Below, one piece after another: positions 25,911 through 38,300 of a DNA stretch of 64,000 bases. Positions within the stretch are counted from its first letter, which is position 1. Each line of letters starts with the position of its first letter. Origin of the DNA: Takakia lepidozioides. Taxonomy: Eukaryota > Plantae > Bryophyta. A program made the translations under genes and the position numbers. The DNA lies in contig CM060733.1 in the NCBI GenBank assembly GCA_030704615.1, positions 18,104,001 to 18,168,000 of the forward strand, written 5' to 3'. The notes beneath the pieces were generated by a model that worked only from the letters and a program-made list of their open reading frames with translations, had not been told where the DNA came from and searched no databases.

Positions 25911-28900
25911 ATGTCTACACCAAAATATGCATTGCTTTCATGTCCACCTGATGCAAAAGTGGTTCGTTATCCTTGCAATGGAAACAAGTGCATTATCCCA
26001 GAACCTTGGTTATGCAATAGATTCAAACTTTTTCCGGGTTCAGTTTTTTGGGAGGATGATGGAGATGATGATGCCTCCACAGTGTTGCTTCCAGTTTTCA
26101 ATGACGGCCAAAAGCAATGGGAGTTGTTTCCAGACACTTTCTCCAAGTACCGTGTCACAGGTACGAGCTATACACAGTCACATGATGAGAGGCACACTTC
26201 TATTGCAAGAAAGAACGATCAAGCTGCAACAAATGGGAGTTGTAAATTGAAGGAGGAGGTTGCAGATTCGGCGAGCTTGGGGTCTCATAATTCTAATTGT
26301 GTTGAGGTTTCTAAGAGTGTATTTTGTGGATCTCAACCTTCCTCATCTACTCATACGGTCTTGCTTCACGACATGAAGCCTCGGAAAACTCCATTGAACA
26401 ACACCACGTCTGATTGTTGCGAATCTGCGAGGGGTTTATCTTCATCTCCACGACTAGCAGGGGAGGCTACATCTGCATTTCCTTCTGGTGTGTTGTCCAT
26501 TTTGAGTATCTTGGCCACTGCTCGGAGGAATGGATCAAAAGGAGAGCTTTCTACCTTGGACTATAGTCACATTCCAGTGCATCGTGTTTGGTGTCTTCCT
26601 CGAGCTTTTGATGGAAAAGTGATCCACAAACTCCCCCCCGTGGTCAAACTACGTACGGACCGTGGTTCACAGTCCCTCCAAGGCATGGACCGCAAGTTTG
26701 ATGGTCATCCTTGGTGTAAGACCAATACCTACAATATGTCTGGTGTTCCAGATCATGTGAAATGTAGTAAGGTTCTTTGTGTTGGAAAGCTCATATGTCA
26801 AAGCAGCACTTGCCCCTTCTTCAAGAAAGAAGGAGAACAGAATGACCGCTATTGGGAAGGCAATGCAGACAAGGTGTTCATTGCAGGAGCCCAAGTTCCA
26901 TTTAACCAGTTTAAGTGTAGTTTCTGCAAAGAAAGACCTTTCTGTGAGGCGCATTATGGGGCAAGAATGTACTATGTCACAAGTTCCCTTCCGACATATA
27001 CACGTGTTGCAGTTCACGTTGGGTTTCATAACCATCCATGTGCCAAGGGCGAGAATAGAGAGGCTGCGGAAAATGCATCAAACATGATTCAAGAGCACGT
27101 TAAGATGAAGCCATGGTCAACCCCGAGAGCTATTTCCTTGTCAATGGCCCAAAAGCTCTTGATTGATCGAGTTCTTGTGGCTGATGGCACAGAGACAGTA
27201 CGTCTTGAGGGAGAGGCTTTGGAAGATAATCTTGAAGAATTTGCCCATGTTTGTAGCCCCAATATGAAAAACAAGGTCGCATCTGCACGTGTCAATTCCA
27301 TCATGTCCATATTGGAGTTGAAGCGTCTGAGTACATACCATTTCATTCACAACAATCTCCTTCCAGGCCAACATACTTCTCATCTCCCCCATGTTTTCAA
27401 GATGTTTGTTGCTGGTCCTGGGAGTGGTGTTGATCCTGTGCGTCGCATGAGTGAGGGGGATCTACGCACAAGTTGGGTAGTATTTGACCATATTAAACGC
27501 ATCAAGGATTGGTCATGTCTATGAACCATATGTCAAGCGAATGATGACCATTGCCATTTGCGATATGAAAACAGAGGATGCAGATGCTCAGGTGTTATTC
27601 TAGGAGATGATCAATGAACAAGCAAAACTTGCTGGCTTGAACAAACCAAATTTTGCTGGCTTCATGGCGGATGCAGCAGGAGCGAATTGGGCTGCTGTTC
27701 GAAGGGTTTATGGATCTGATCCCAATGTCCCAATGGAAGGTAAAGAAAGAACATGTTTATATCATTAGGCTGAAAGCCTCCGAAGACATACCAACGACTA
27801 TATCTTGGAGGACTTCCGTGAAAGGCACACTCAGCTCTGTTATGAATGGAAAGATAGTGCTACCTTGGAGGATGCTACAACCACATACATTGCAATTCGG
27901 GCTTGGTGGCTCTCTTCAGGAGCATGCACAGAAAAGATTATGCCAAAACTGGATTCATGGCTTGCATGGTGGCACTACAGATATCGAATGTGGGGCCAAT
28001 GGATGAGAGAGGACATGGATGTGGAGGCAGATGCAGATATGCCTACCACTAATTTGTTTGAGGCAGTCCATTCTGCTTGGTGGAAGACAACAGGCAACGG
28101 GAAAAAAATGAAGGTGGATCTATATGAGGCCACCATGCATGACATGTCACGAGCTCTTTTGCAGCAGGCAACATTTTACAGGCACACCACAGGAAAGACA
28201 TGGGGGACGGGGCCCGACAAAGAGGAGCTCATGTTGCGTCAAGCAGCTACTATATCTAATAGCCCAGCAAAAATGGGTAAGGTTGTACGTGGCATAGTAG
28301 CTGGAACACCCATGCACACAAGGGGGGTTCAATTGGAGGGAGACAATTGCACTATTCCAGTCAAACGCAAGTTAGGCGATGAGCATGGTGGGCCAAACGA
28401 ACCTTGGAGGTGTGATTTGAATGTAAAGACTATTCCAGTGCGCGCCACTGGGATGCCCAGTCCACACCAGCCATCTAGGTTTGTCAGTTCCAAATCAAGT
28501 CATGACATTCCTGGTTCTTCGACTTTCTGTGAGACAAATCCACATGTTGCTATCCCTCCTCAGCCAATGCAATGGGGAAATCGAGTGAGAGAGACACAAG
28601 ACTTTTCCGATGCATTGTTCAGGATTTAGCGGACAGGTCCTGCTTCCATGGTTCGTTGTTCTGCCTTGGTTGGAGTTTCCAAGGATAAATGCAAAGCGCT
28701 CATCAGGAAAGGTAAAGGAAGTCCTGTACCTTGCTTCACTGGCAAGTTACTAGCACCGAACATGAAAGAACCAAAACTGCAAGTTTTTTAGTTTTGCCCC
28801 ACATATGTTTTGTCGTGTGTTGGAGGGACCGTGCCATCCTATTGCTTGGGAAAACCGGGTATACCTAACGTGTGGCCTGTGAAGGTTGGAACCAACCTTA

Positions 28901-29433
28901 CACAAGAAGAGGTGGACAACTTGACCGTTGCAGGTTTTCGACTAGTCCATCCTCCCAACGTTCCTGATCCGAACTTTCCTGTGGGACCACTTCCAGTGGA
29001 ACAACATATTCATCAAGGTGTTGTCCTTCATGTGGGTAAGTATCCCACTACACGCTATGGGGTGCGCATTCGGCGTCGAGATCCGACTCCTCGACACTTG
29101 AGTCGCCAAGAGTCAGCGGAGACTCTTATTGCTGAGATTCGTGGATTCAGAAACGTGCCTCAGCCAGGTTATGGGAGAATTTACCAGCTACAAACAGAGG
29201 GATCTACCAGAGCAGGATTGGTTTACAATGTATACATTGGTCAGTTTCCATCTTGTGATTGTCCCGACTTTGATGAGCTATCTGTCAAGAAGAAAAAACA
29301 AACATATCTACCTTGTAAGCACATGTACTTCATGTACAACGTGCATCTAGGATGCGCCGGGGCTTATGAGATCTACCAACCTTCCCTTAGCCAGTTAGAG
29401 GTTAGGGCTATGCTAAAGAAGGACCCTAGTTGA
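25911..29433 (+). pseudogene. MULE transposase B (GCM-like, DDE, SWIM), with stops and frameshifts
   Basis: DGHPWCKT...CVGKLIC...CSFC...GFHNHP; VVFDHIKR...GFMAD...CLYH...TNLFEAVH; SWIM CDCPDF...CKHMY. Colinear with transposase A. Confidence 0.87.
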
Positions 29434-29530
29434 ACTTCTTAGTGACACATGAAATGCACAAAAAAAGAACCTCTAAGTTGTGCCGTTCATTTTCATGCAT
29501 GTGACATGTAATTATCTTGTTACTACTTTA

Positions 29531-29760
29531 TTCCAAACATGACACATAGCATTTGTTAGTACAGAAGTTCCTATTTTGGTTAAAATGGAACTTGTGTACC
29601 TGTCATACAAGTTTTCAAATTATAGAACTGCTTGGCATTACAAACAGACATGCAATGTGGTGGTTCCAAACATGACACATATGCATTTGTTAGTACAAAA
29701 GTCCATATTTTGGTTAATATGAAACTGTTTTCCTTGAATACAAGTTTGCAAACTATTACT
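29531..29760 (+). repeat. Two-copy tandem duplication (~133-bp period)
   Basis: TTCCAAACATGACACATA...GCATTTGTTAGTACA at 29531 and ~29664. Confidence 0.7.
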
Positions 29761-30060
29761 TTGGCCAGGGATCTTGTATTCTCTTCAGTTTAAGGTGGTG
29801 CATTAGTTGGAGTTAGTGGTCACATGCATCTTTGACCATTGACTACTGATTTTGTTAGCTAAGATTTTTTATTTTTTATTTATTTTTCTATATACATATG
29901 ATGTAACATTTGCATATGCAATAAATACGTCGTATTCTATGTTATATAACTCCACTGCATACAATCTACAATGTGTGCATACAAATTTGTCACATGCATA
30001 TATAATAAGGGATTTTGTGCATGCATGCACGCAACCTGTGCATATGGAATAACAACCCCC

Positions 30061-33000
30061 GTGTCACTGACGGATACAAATGGGAAAAACACATTAGTGT
30101 CTCCAGAGATTAGTGATACCTGGGATGAGTGCTGGAAAGATGCTAATGAGGAGTTCGAGCTAGGCCTCATGATGGGAAAGAACACCCAGCAATTCTGCAA
30201 CCACATGTTCTACTTCTGGGACGGCAACCACCGATTGCTGGCATGGATGGGATACATTCAGAAACATCATGCGAAAGACAAAGACAAGCATGTTGCTGTG
30301 GAGGCAATGGTTTTGGATCCTGGAAACGACATCGCTAGGCTTCTTACAGCTATGCACGACGTGAACAAGTAAGTCATTCTAGAGACTTCATTCCCTCTGT
30401 AGTGTCTTGTTAATCCCAAAAAAACAGTGTTAAGGAATGCAATGTTTCCAATGTTTTTGCAGATCGACAGAGAAATTGCATGTGACAACAAGCTTGGTCC
30501 ACACACTATTCCGAATTCAGAGGATTGGTCTGATGAAGCTGGATGATTTTCGGACAATACTCTACCCCAATATAATCAAGAAGTGCGAAACAGAAAGAGC
30601 TGCAGGCACTTGGTATTCTTTGACTCGAGAGGCGTTTCTGGAGTACATGTATGCGGTAAGCCCGAGTCTGTACTCAGTTTACTTTTCGAATACATGTTTG
30701 TAGTTCCTTCGGTGCTAATCACTATTTGAATCAATGCAGCAAGAACTGGCAGAGGCAGCTGAGAAGGGAAAATCCGAATATTACTGTACTACATCAGAGG
30801 AACTAATGACATCAAAGGGTGTGGAAGCAGCAATAAAGAAGGAGTCTGAAATGCGAAGAACCAAATTGATGTCCGCCTTCGGAAAGCAGCTTAGAATAGT
30901 AGATCTTGGACTTGGTTCTGAGTTCCTTCAGCAGATCAAATCCGGAGCAGGAGAAATTGCACCGGCTGGCCATATCCATGGTCGACCCACAAACAAAAAT
31001 AAGGTGGCTGGAGATATAGAACTCAGATCAGACAGTAAAGGACTTGAATCAGTTCCCAAAGAGCACCATACAGCCTGGCACAAAGGTGGAAGGAATCAGT
31101 GATTTGGTGTTTGATAACTGGCTCCACAAGGCTACATTTTGGAGTCAGGTGTGTATTCAAATAAGCCGTTTTCTTTTCTTCAATTATGTGATGAGTATCT
31201 TATTTGCAATACTGACAAATATACAATTTGCAGCTCGAAAAGCGCGTCGTCATTGTGCTGGATCAAACTTTGAAGGACTTGAACATTTCGATTGTTTCCC
31301 CTCCCCAAATGTCATTGGAGGCATACATAAGGAAGTGGAGAGGTCTCACCTGGAGATACTATTTTTTTCCGGGAGTTCTCCAAAGATGGTAACATTTTAC
31401 GGTCCAACGACTTTGACAGTCAGGTTGGAGGAGAGTGGGCCATGATGTGAGTTGTGTACAGGTGCAATTTCATACTGGAAACTCTACTGCACTTTTTTGG
31501 GAAATAATTAGGCTTCATAAGGATTGTAATCATAGATCCAAATTGAATGTCGTTGACGACATTCACTTCTTTGTCCGAGTCATTCTTAAGCGAGAATTTG
31601 AATTCACCTGGATTAGGAGCTTAGGGTGTATTTATAGTGTCCCTGATTAGATTTGATAATGTCCCTGAATGGCGTTGACGACATTCACATCCAGAGTTGT
31701 TAAGAGGTCCTCAGAGATATGTAAGTTTTTGTAATGTCCATAGAGTTTACAGTGAGGGTTCCTCACTCCAGTTTGCTGAATGTCAATGCAGATATTCAGT
31801 TGTTCTGCAATGCTTTTGCCTCTTGCGAGAAATCTTGAGGCTTGATTAGCTGTGTTGTCAGAGATCCAAAGTGAATGTCGTTGACGACATTCACTTCTAT
31901 GTATGTGTCATTCACCAGCGACAATTGGAATTTACATGGATTAGGAGCTTAGGGTGTATTTATTGGTTTCTTGTTCGGAATTTTGTGAATGGCGTTGACG
32001 CCATTCACATCCAGTGTTATTATGAGGTCCTCAGTGTTATGTACGTTTTGAATGTCCATTGAGTTTTTAGGGATGGTTCCTTACTCGAGTTTCTGAATGT
32101 CGTTGCCGACATTCAGTTTCTATCCAATGATTTTGCCTCTTTTGAGAAATCATTAGGCTTGATTAGCAGTGTATTCACAAATCCAAAGTGAATGACGTTG
32201 ACGACATTCACTTCTATGTCTGTGTCATTCCAAAGTGAGAGTTTGCATTCACGTGGATTAGGGTGTTTTTGCAGCATCATTGAATGGAATTTTTTGAATG
32301 GCGTTGACGACATTCACATCCAGAGCTGTCGCGTGGTCCTGAGAGCTCCTTGGAGCAGTTCTCAGAGCCATTTCATTCCATGTTTTTTTTTCATTCTGTG
32401 CTACTTGCATCTTACTCACTTCGCGCTTTGGTGGGTTGGGATTTATCTCCTGTTTAACAGGTACACGAAATATGTGCTTATGGAAGGAAATCACCTGAGC
32501 GGTATTCCAGACTATCTTGACATGTGGTCGGACCCAGCAAACGATCCAACCATGTATACTGCAGGGATATTGAAGGACTGGAGTCCTTCTCACTTCAGAG
32601 ACTGTGGCTGGTACCTTGACTGCCCACCGGAGCACACGACCTTTCAAGAACAACACATGAAATATTTGAACAATAATGCAGAGATGTTGACGCCTCTGAC
32701 TGACGAGCAGTACCAAAGAAACATAGCAACATTGGCTGCCAAGGAGCCTGATGCTCAGGGAACGCCGCAGAAGGGAAAGAAGGCGGGCCGCAAACCAACA
32801 GACAAGGCTCCTGATGTCATATCCATCTCACCAGCAAAGCCAAAGGACAAAGACAAGTCCAAAGAGAAGGAGAAGGAAAAGGACAAGGGGAAGGAGAAAG
32901 AAAAAGAGATGGGGAAGGAAAAAGAGAGTAGGCAGGCTTCACTGCTGGAAGATATACCCGCACAGTTCAGTGCGTGTACGATGCCAAGCCACACCCTTCC

Positions 33001-34592
33001 CGTTCTGATTGGGCAGGAGAGATTAAAATTGTCAATGAGGGTGGCTGGCGATGATGCAGAGTCGAAAGAGAGGATACACTAGGGTGCCTTTGCCTACCTG
33101 GGACAATATAATCTCATTCCTCAATCTGGTGAGAATTCCAGTTTCTTTCCTTTTTCTCTGAAAGTTTCATTGGCAGTATTTCAGTCTGGATCTTTGAAAA
33201 CATTCTTGCCATCGTTCTTAAAATAAACATGTCTGTTGCAGGTGAGTACTGGTCCCACCTTCGTGTGCAGTGTGCAGAAAACATATGTGGCTGACATTGT
33301 CATTCTCGACATCCCGGATGGCCAGAAGTTCTTCCAAAGGGCAAGACGCCAGGCTGGAACAAATTCGAGGACAACTACTGGAGTTGGGTGTTCGGGTTCT
33401 GTAATAATTTCCTCTCTGATGCTGGGACATTTCTGTTTTTTCAGTCATGTGACAAAGATAGTCGTCGGGCATTGGCATCATACCTGAAGTCTTCAGGGTT
33501 TGAAGTTTTGCGCACATGGAATTGTGTGAACAGCCTCTACCTTGTGAAAGGGGGTTTCCCTGGTCAGCTGGTATGCCGTCTCCCTTTTGCTTGTGCTTTC
33601 ATGATGAGTTTCAATGTTCTTTGTAGCTCCACTCTAGAGGAATCTGTCATGATCGACACCGATCATCACCGATTCGTGATAAAAATGATTGTTTTATGCC
33701 TGAGTTCTGAATAGCTGATGTACACACTTCCACTATAGATTGTGTTTACCACACTAACCTGCTATCTTTGGCAGACGAGGATGTTCGAGGCGATCTGCCT
33801 GCGGAGGATTCGCACCTCAAAGACACCATCCTCCATCCACAACTTTGAGATTTGTGACCAGGGTTGTTTCGTCAACCCCCCCTATGAGCCGCATGTCGAT
33901 GACATTTTGTACAACTTCATGCAGTCCAGTCAGACTCTGAAGAGACCAGATGGCACTCCCTGGAGAGGTGCAAAGGAAAAATCCCCAGCGTTCATGCAAA
34001 TACTGCTGGAGTCATGCAGCCACCACTCTGCACGGGTGGTCGATCTTTCTGTGTCCACAGGTTCGTTCTCTCCCTTCCGAATTGATTTTCTTTCACCAGT
34101 TCCAGCCTTTTTGGCATGGAGGGTGATTCTGACCTCTACAACACAGTGCTCCTCCCTCTTTTGTCTGGCTCCACTTCAGGCACACAGACTGATCGGATTC
34201 AAATTCGAAATGATGACGATCCCGAAGATAAGCATGTCGACAACGACTTTTCATGTGAGTAAGTGCTAAACCCACTTTGGGAGCCATACTCAATTTCTCA
34301 ACAACATCAAAGTTACAGTAATAACTTTTTCAGGCTGTCTTTCAGGAAAGACAGCGGTGGATCTTCAGGAGATACAATCATTTGTGGCGAGTCTGTTTTC
34401 GACAGCCCCCTTTCCAATTTTCTGCTTCCTGATTATGCCGAAGCAATGGCACTTCACGCGGCCGAGTCCCTATCCCCTGACTTTTTACTGCCCGGCCGTA
34501 GGTGTAGCCAGCGTAGATCCGGAGTTCTTAAATACTTAGACTTAGATGCAGAGGAAGCGGGGATACATTGTACTGACTCTGAGTTAGACTGA
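30061..34592 (+). pseudogene. ParB-like + beta-class DNA methyltransferase-like gene B (multi-exon, 5' truncated, disrupted)
   Basis: FYFWDGNHRLLAW; GWYLDCP; VADIVILDIPDG (33287-33322); PWRGAKEKSPAFMQILLESCSHHSARVVDLSVSTG...LFGMEGD; C-terminal SPLSNFLLPDYAE matches gene A SPLSSFYLPSYAE. Confidence 0.78.
31540..32320. repeat. Array of 24-bp palindromes GTGAATGTCGT-TG-ACGACATTCAC in an intron of ParB-MTase B
   Basis: Copies at ~31543, 31665, 31776 (degenerate), 31871, 31985, 32093, 32188 and 32294; higher-order period ~320 bp. Confidence 0.9.
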
Positions 34593-34719
34593 ACTATGTT
34601 CTTTTAATATTCTGTTTCATCCTCTTTGGAAAACGTTGAATCCCCTTCCTCCACCGTAGTTGTTCCTTTGGAAAGAAAAATAATCAAAGAATCAACTACC
34701 ATTTAAATTGCAATATGTA

Positions 34720-35080
34720 TGAATCCATCTCACAAACCTCCCTCACTCTTGTCATATCCATTGTGCTTTCATCTACAGTGTATTCATGCGTGCTCCATTC
34801 ATGAATGTTTTCCTTTGTTCAACATCCATTGTACATTCATCCTCTATACTCTTTAATCCACCCCACAAACCTACCACACTCATGTCATATACGTTGTGCA
34901 TTCGTCTAAAGTTTTAGTCATGCATCTTCTTGTCATGAATATTTTTCATTGTTCAACATCTATTATACATTCATCCATTTGACTCTTATCCATCCCTCAT
35001 TCATCCATCTACATTCATTTTTCACACTCATCCATCTGTTTATCATCCAACTGTACATTCATCCATCCTTTATTCATCTG
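34720..35080 (+). repeat. Low-complexity CATTCATCCAT-rich tract near the MULE right end
   Basis: Many TCATCC/CATTCA motifs and a partial duplication starting CACAAACCT. Confidence 0.55.
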
Positions 35081-35254
35081 TTGCTTTCAGGTGGAATGAC
35101 CACTGCCTTTTATTATGTCCTCCAGCTTGTTTCCGCGGTAAAGGGTGCCAATCCGCGGGAATACACTCCACTTCTTCCTGGGCGCGTGGTGACGCAGCCT
35201 TCAAGTGTGATGACGTGGAGTGAGCCCCGTGATGTGGCATTGGCGCAAGGTGAC

Positions 35255-35316
35255 ATGGCGTGAGCGCAGTTGCGCTCACGCGCTCACGTGACCAGGCTCA
35301 CGCCGAGGCATCCCTG
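35255..35316 (-). repeat. MULE right TIR and subterminal GCTCACG motifs
   Basis: GCGTGAGCGCAGTTGCGCTCACGC hairpin, further GCTCACG copies, ending GGCATCCCTG followed by the TSD. Confidence 0.8.
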
Positions 35317-38300
35317 AACAACCGAGACCTGCCTAACCTGCAGATGGCCCTATTAGATAGATTCTATTCCTCCTTACAAATATTTTCAATGGATGTTGAG
35401 AGTACTACCCCAACAGCCAATCCCCCAGGGCTTCAACCATGTAGAAGTATCAGCGAGGATAAACATCCCCATAGATCACAAAAGAGGGAAGGGTATGTAC
35501 AGAATGAATGCATCCCTCCTTGATATCCCATACTTCAAATCAGGCTTGCAGGAGGCCTGGACATTGGCTGGTACGACCATCTAAGACCCAATACAACGAT
35601 TCCAAGAGAAACTAAAAGTAGTTTCATAGCCAGTCAAACCCTTAGCAAATCCATAGCTGAAGCCAAGAAACAAAAAATCGCAGCTCTTACTAAATGCCTT
35701 AAGGTATGCCAGATAAGGATGGAGAGCCCCCGCTGTGACGAGCACACTTTCCAGACTTACAGGGAAGCCAGGTTCAATATGGAGTACTTCCAAAACCTCA
35801 ATTACGCAAATATGATTACAGAATGGTCGGATTACTGGAGGAGGAGAGGGCAAGATATGACGTGGATGGGGGGAAATAACGAAAAGCTCAAGTTGAAGCT
35901 GGCATTAACTGGTCTACGAAAGGCGAGAAAATGACCAAGCACTTCTTTCAGCAAAACAAGGCAGAAAAGGGCAACGCAAACCATTTCAAGCCTAAAAGAT
36001 CAACGTGGCACCATTACCTCAGAGCCCAAAACAATGACATCAGTGGCATTCAGCCATTTTGAAACCCTCTTCCACAGCCACCAACAATCCCTCGACCTCT
36101 CTGATATCCAACGCCAATGCCTGGCACAAACTCCCACACTTGTTACACCAGCCATGGCACAATCTCTGGAAGGTCCATTTACGAAGCAGATCTCAAGGAT
36201 GCTCTATCCAAACTCCACAATGGAAAGTTCCCCGGAATAGATGGTATACCAGTAGAGTTTACAAGGCACTGTGGGATTATATCTCCAAGGACCTCACTGA
36301 AATGGCAAACCACATTTACTAGCAACAACACATCCCCCCATCATTGATGCAAGGGGTGATTATCCTCCTCTTCAAGGACCGCACAAACATAGCCAACTAC
36401 AGACCTATTACGTTGCTTAATGTTGCATATGAAATAATCGCTAAAACATTGGCTAGGCGTCTCCAACCACTCTTACCTGTCATCATCAGACCTGACCAGA
36501 CAAGATTTATCAACTTGTAAGGTATATCTTGGACAATCTTCTACGGGCCCAATAAATACCTCACTACGCCAGCAGAACAAACCAAGCCATCTCCCTCCTA
36601 TTACTGGATTTTGAAAAAGCGTTTGACAGGGTCGAGTGGTCTTTCCTATTGGGAGCCTTGCAGAAGGTGGGACTGCCCCAGAGCTTCTGCCAATAGGTTA
36701 AAATACTATTGCAGGGATCAACAAGTCGGGTCCTAGTCAATGGCCACTTATCGAAAGCCTTCTCCCTGCGCAGATTAGTTAGACAGGGCTGCCCGCTGTC
36801 ACCATTCCTGTTCTTGGTGGCAGTGGATTTGTTGGGCCACATGCTGCAAGCTAACCAAGCCATCACAGGGCTAAAAACCATTAACCACATCACCCGCCAA
36901 CCAATTCAAATCAGGGAATCCATGTTCGTGGATAACACATTTCTTGCACTTCAATCTAACCCTGAGAATCTGGACTGTGTCGGCATACCTTAGAAACCTT
37001 CTGCCAGGCTTCAGGCTTCAAAGTAAACTGGGGAAAGACATGCGCTTTGCTGGTGGGTGACACCACAATGTTACAAATAGGGACACAACCCACGTGGGGG
37101 ACAGAGAAGGGATTAAAATGTCTTCAACCAGGCCAGACTACCACTCTGCTAGGGTACACGTTTGGAATCAACCTTACAGACCATCAGCGTTTTGAACCCA
37201 CCATGGCCCATCTTAGATCCAAGCTAACCCATTGGGGCTCCTACCACCTCTCTATAACAGGGAAAGCCATCGTTACAAACCAGATCCTATCGGCAGGCTT
37301 ATGGTTCTTCTCGGCCCTGTGGAAACCAGGCTCAACTCATATCAAAGAAGCCAGAAAATGTTACAGAATTTCATATGGGGGGCTCATACTAGTGTTGTAC
37401 TGGTATGTCCATTTTGACATACCAAATTGGTACTGGTATGTCCAACTTGGCTCTTGGGTCCAACTGGTAGGGCCCGGGGTAGATTAGGACTAGCCAGGGT
37501 AGGTTATAGGATGGGTATGGGTATTTCCAATTTTGAGATACCCTGGTCCCAGGCATGGGTATGGCAAAAACTCAAGTGACATATGGGGGGAGCATGTGCA
37601 ATGGTATGGTATACCCTAACAGTCATCATACTGTATTCAAAGCTAAAATTAAAACCAGACTGAGGGCAACATACAAAAGCTAAAAAAAATTGCAATCACA
37701 CATGCCCATGCAAACTAATTTGTATTGCTCATACATGTGAAGGTCTTTGTATTGTAAGGCTGGATTGTAACAAATGGGAGAAAAGCTCGATGCCATGACA
37801 AAAACTGAAGAAATCTTGCATATTGTACCTTGTATGCTGATCATTGTACGCCATACCTTCTGCCCTTGTTGTATCATTGCACATACATGCCAGCTTGGGT
37901 TCATCAATCCTCAATACGGGTCTCAAGCGGAGTATGAAAATAGTTCATATTTAGACTGGTATGGTAGGTTGGGGGGTAGGTCCAGTGTTCAAAACCCGGG
38001 TCCATGATATAGCCGGGGTATATGCCCCAAGACATACCCAACTGGTATGTTCTATAGTACCCTTACTCATACTAGTGCACATACCCCGGCCTACTGGCAC
38101 ATACCAGTACAACACTGGCTCATACCCACAATGACAAAAAGAGACCGCAGGTGTCGTGGAAACAAATCTGCCTTCCAAAAAAAAAAAGAGGTGGGCTGGG
38201 TATTATAGATCTTGACAAACAAATCTCAGCCCTCCTTGCAAAGTGGATCCCACGATTTCTAGGGCCAGAGGGAGGCTGGTGGAAATTCTTGGTCGTAGAT

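Larger units (their letters stand above)
13663..35316. mobile_element. Large (21,654 bp) Mutator-like DNA transposon with two transposase and two ParB-MTase-like genes
   Basis: 9-bp TSD AACAACCGA at 13654-13662 and 35317-35325. Imperfect TIR CAACGATGCAATGGCGTGAGC vs CAGGGATGCCTCGGCGTGAGC (16/21). Removing it restores the LINE reading frame. Encodes MULE-type transposases. Confidence 0.9.

Noticed and set aside
31540-32320. CRISPR array (palindromic repeats with spacers)
   Set aside because: The spacers are ~70-100 bp and themselves repeat with a ~320-bp period. There are no cas genes, and the array lies in a eukaryotic intron.
19389-34592. Bacterial or phage contamination explaining the ParB-MTase genes
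   Set aside because: The genes have GT-AG introns and lie within a TSD-bounded element inside a plant LINE.
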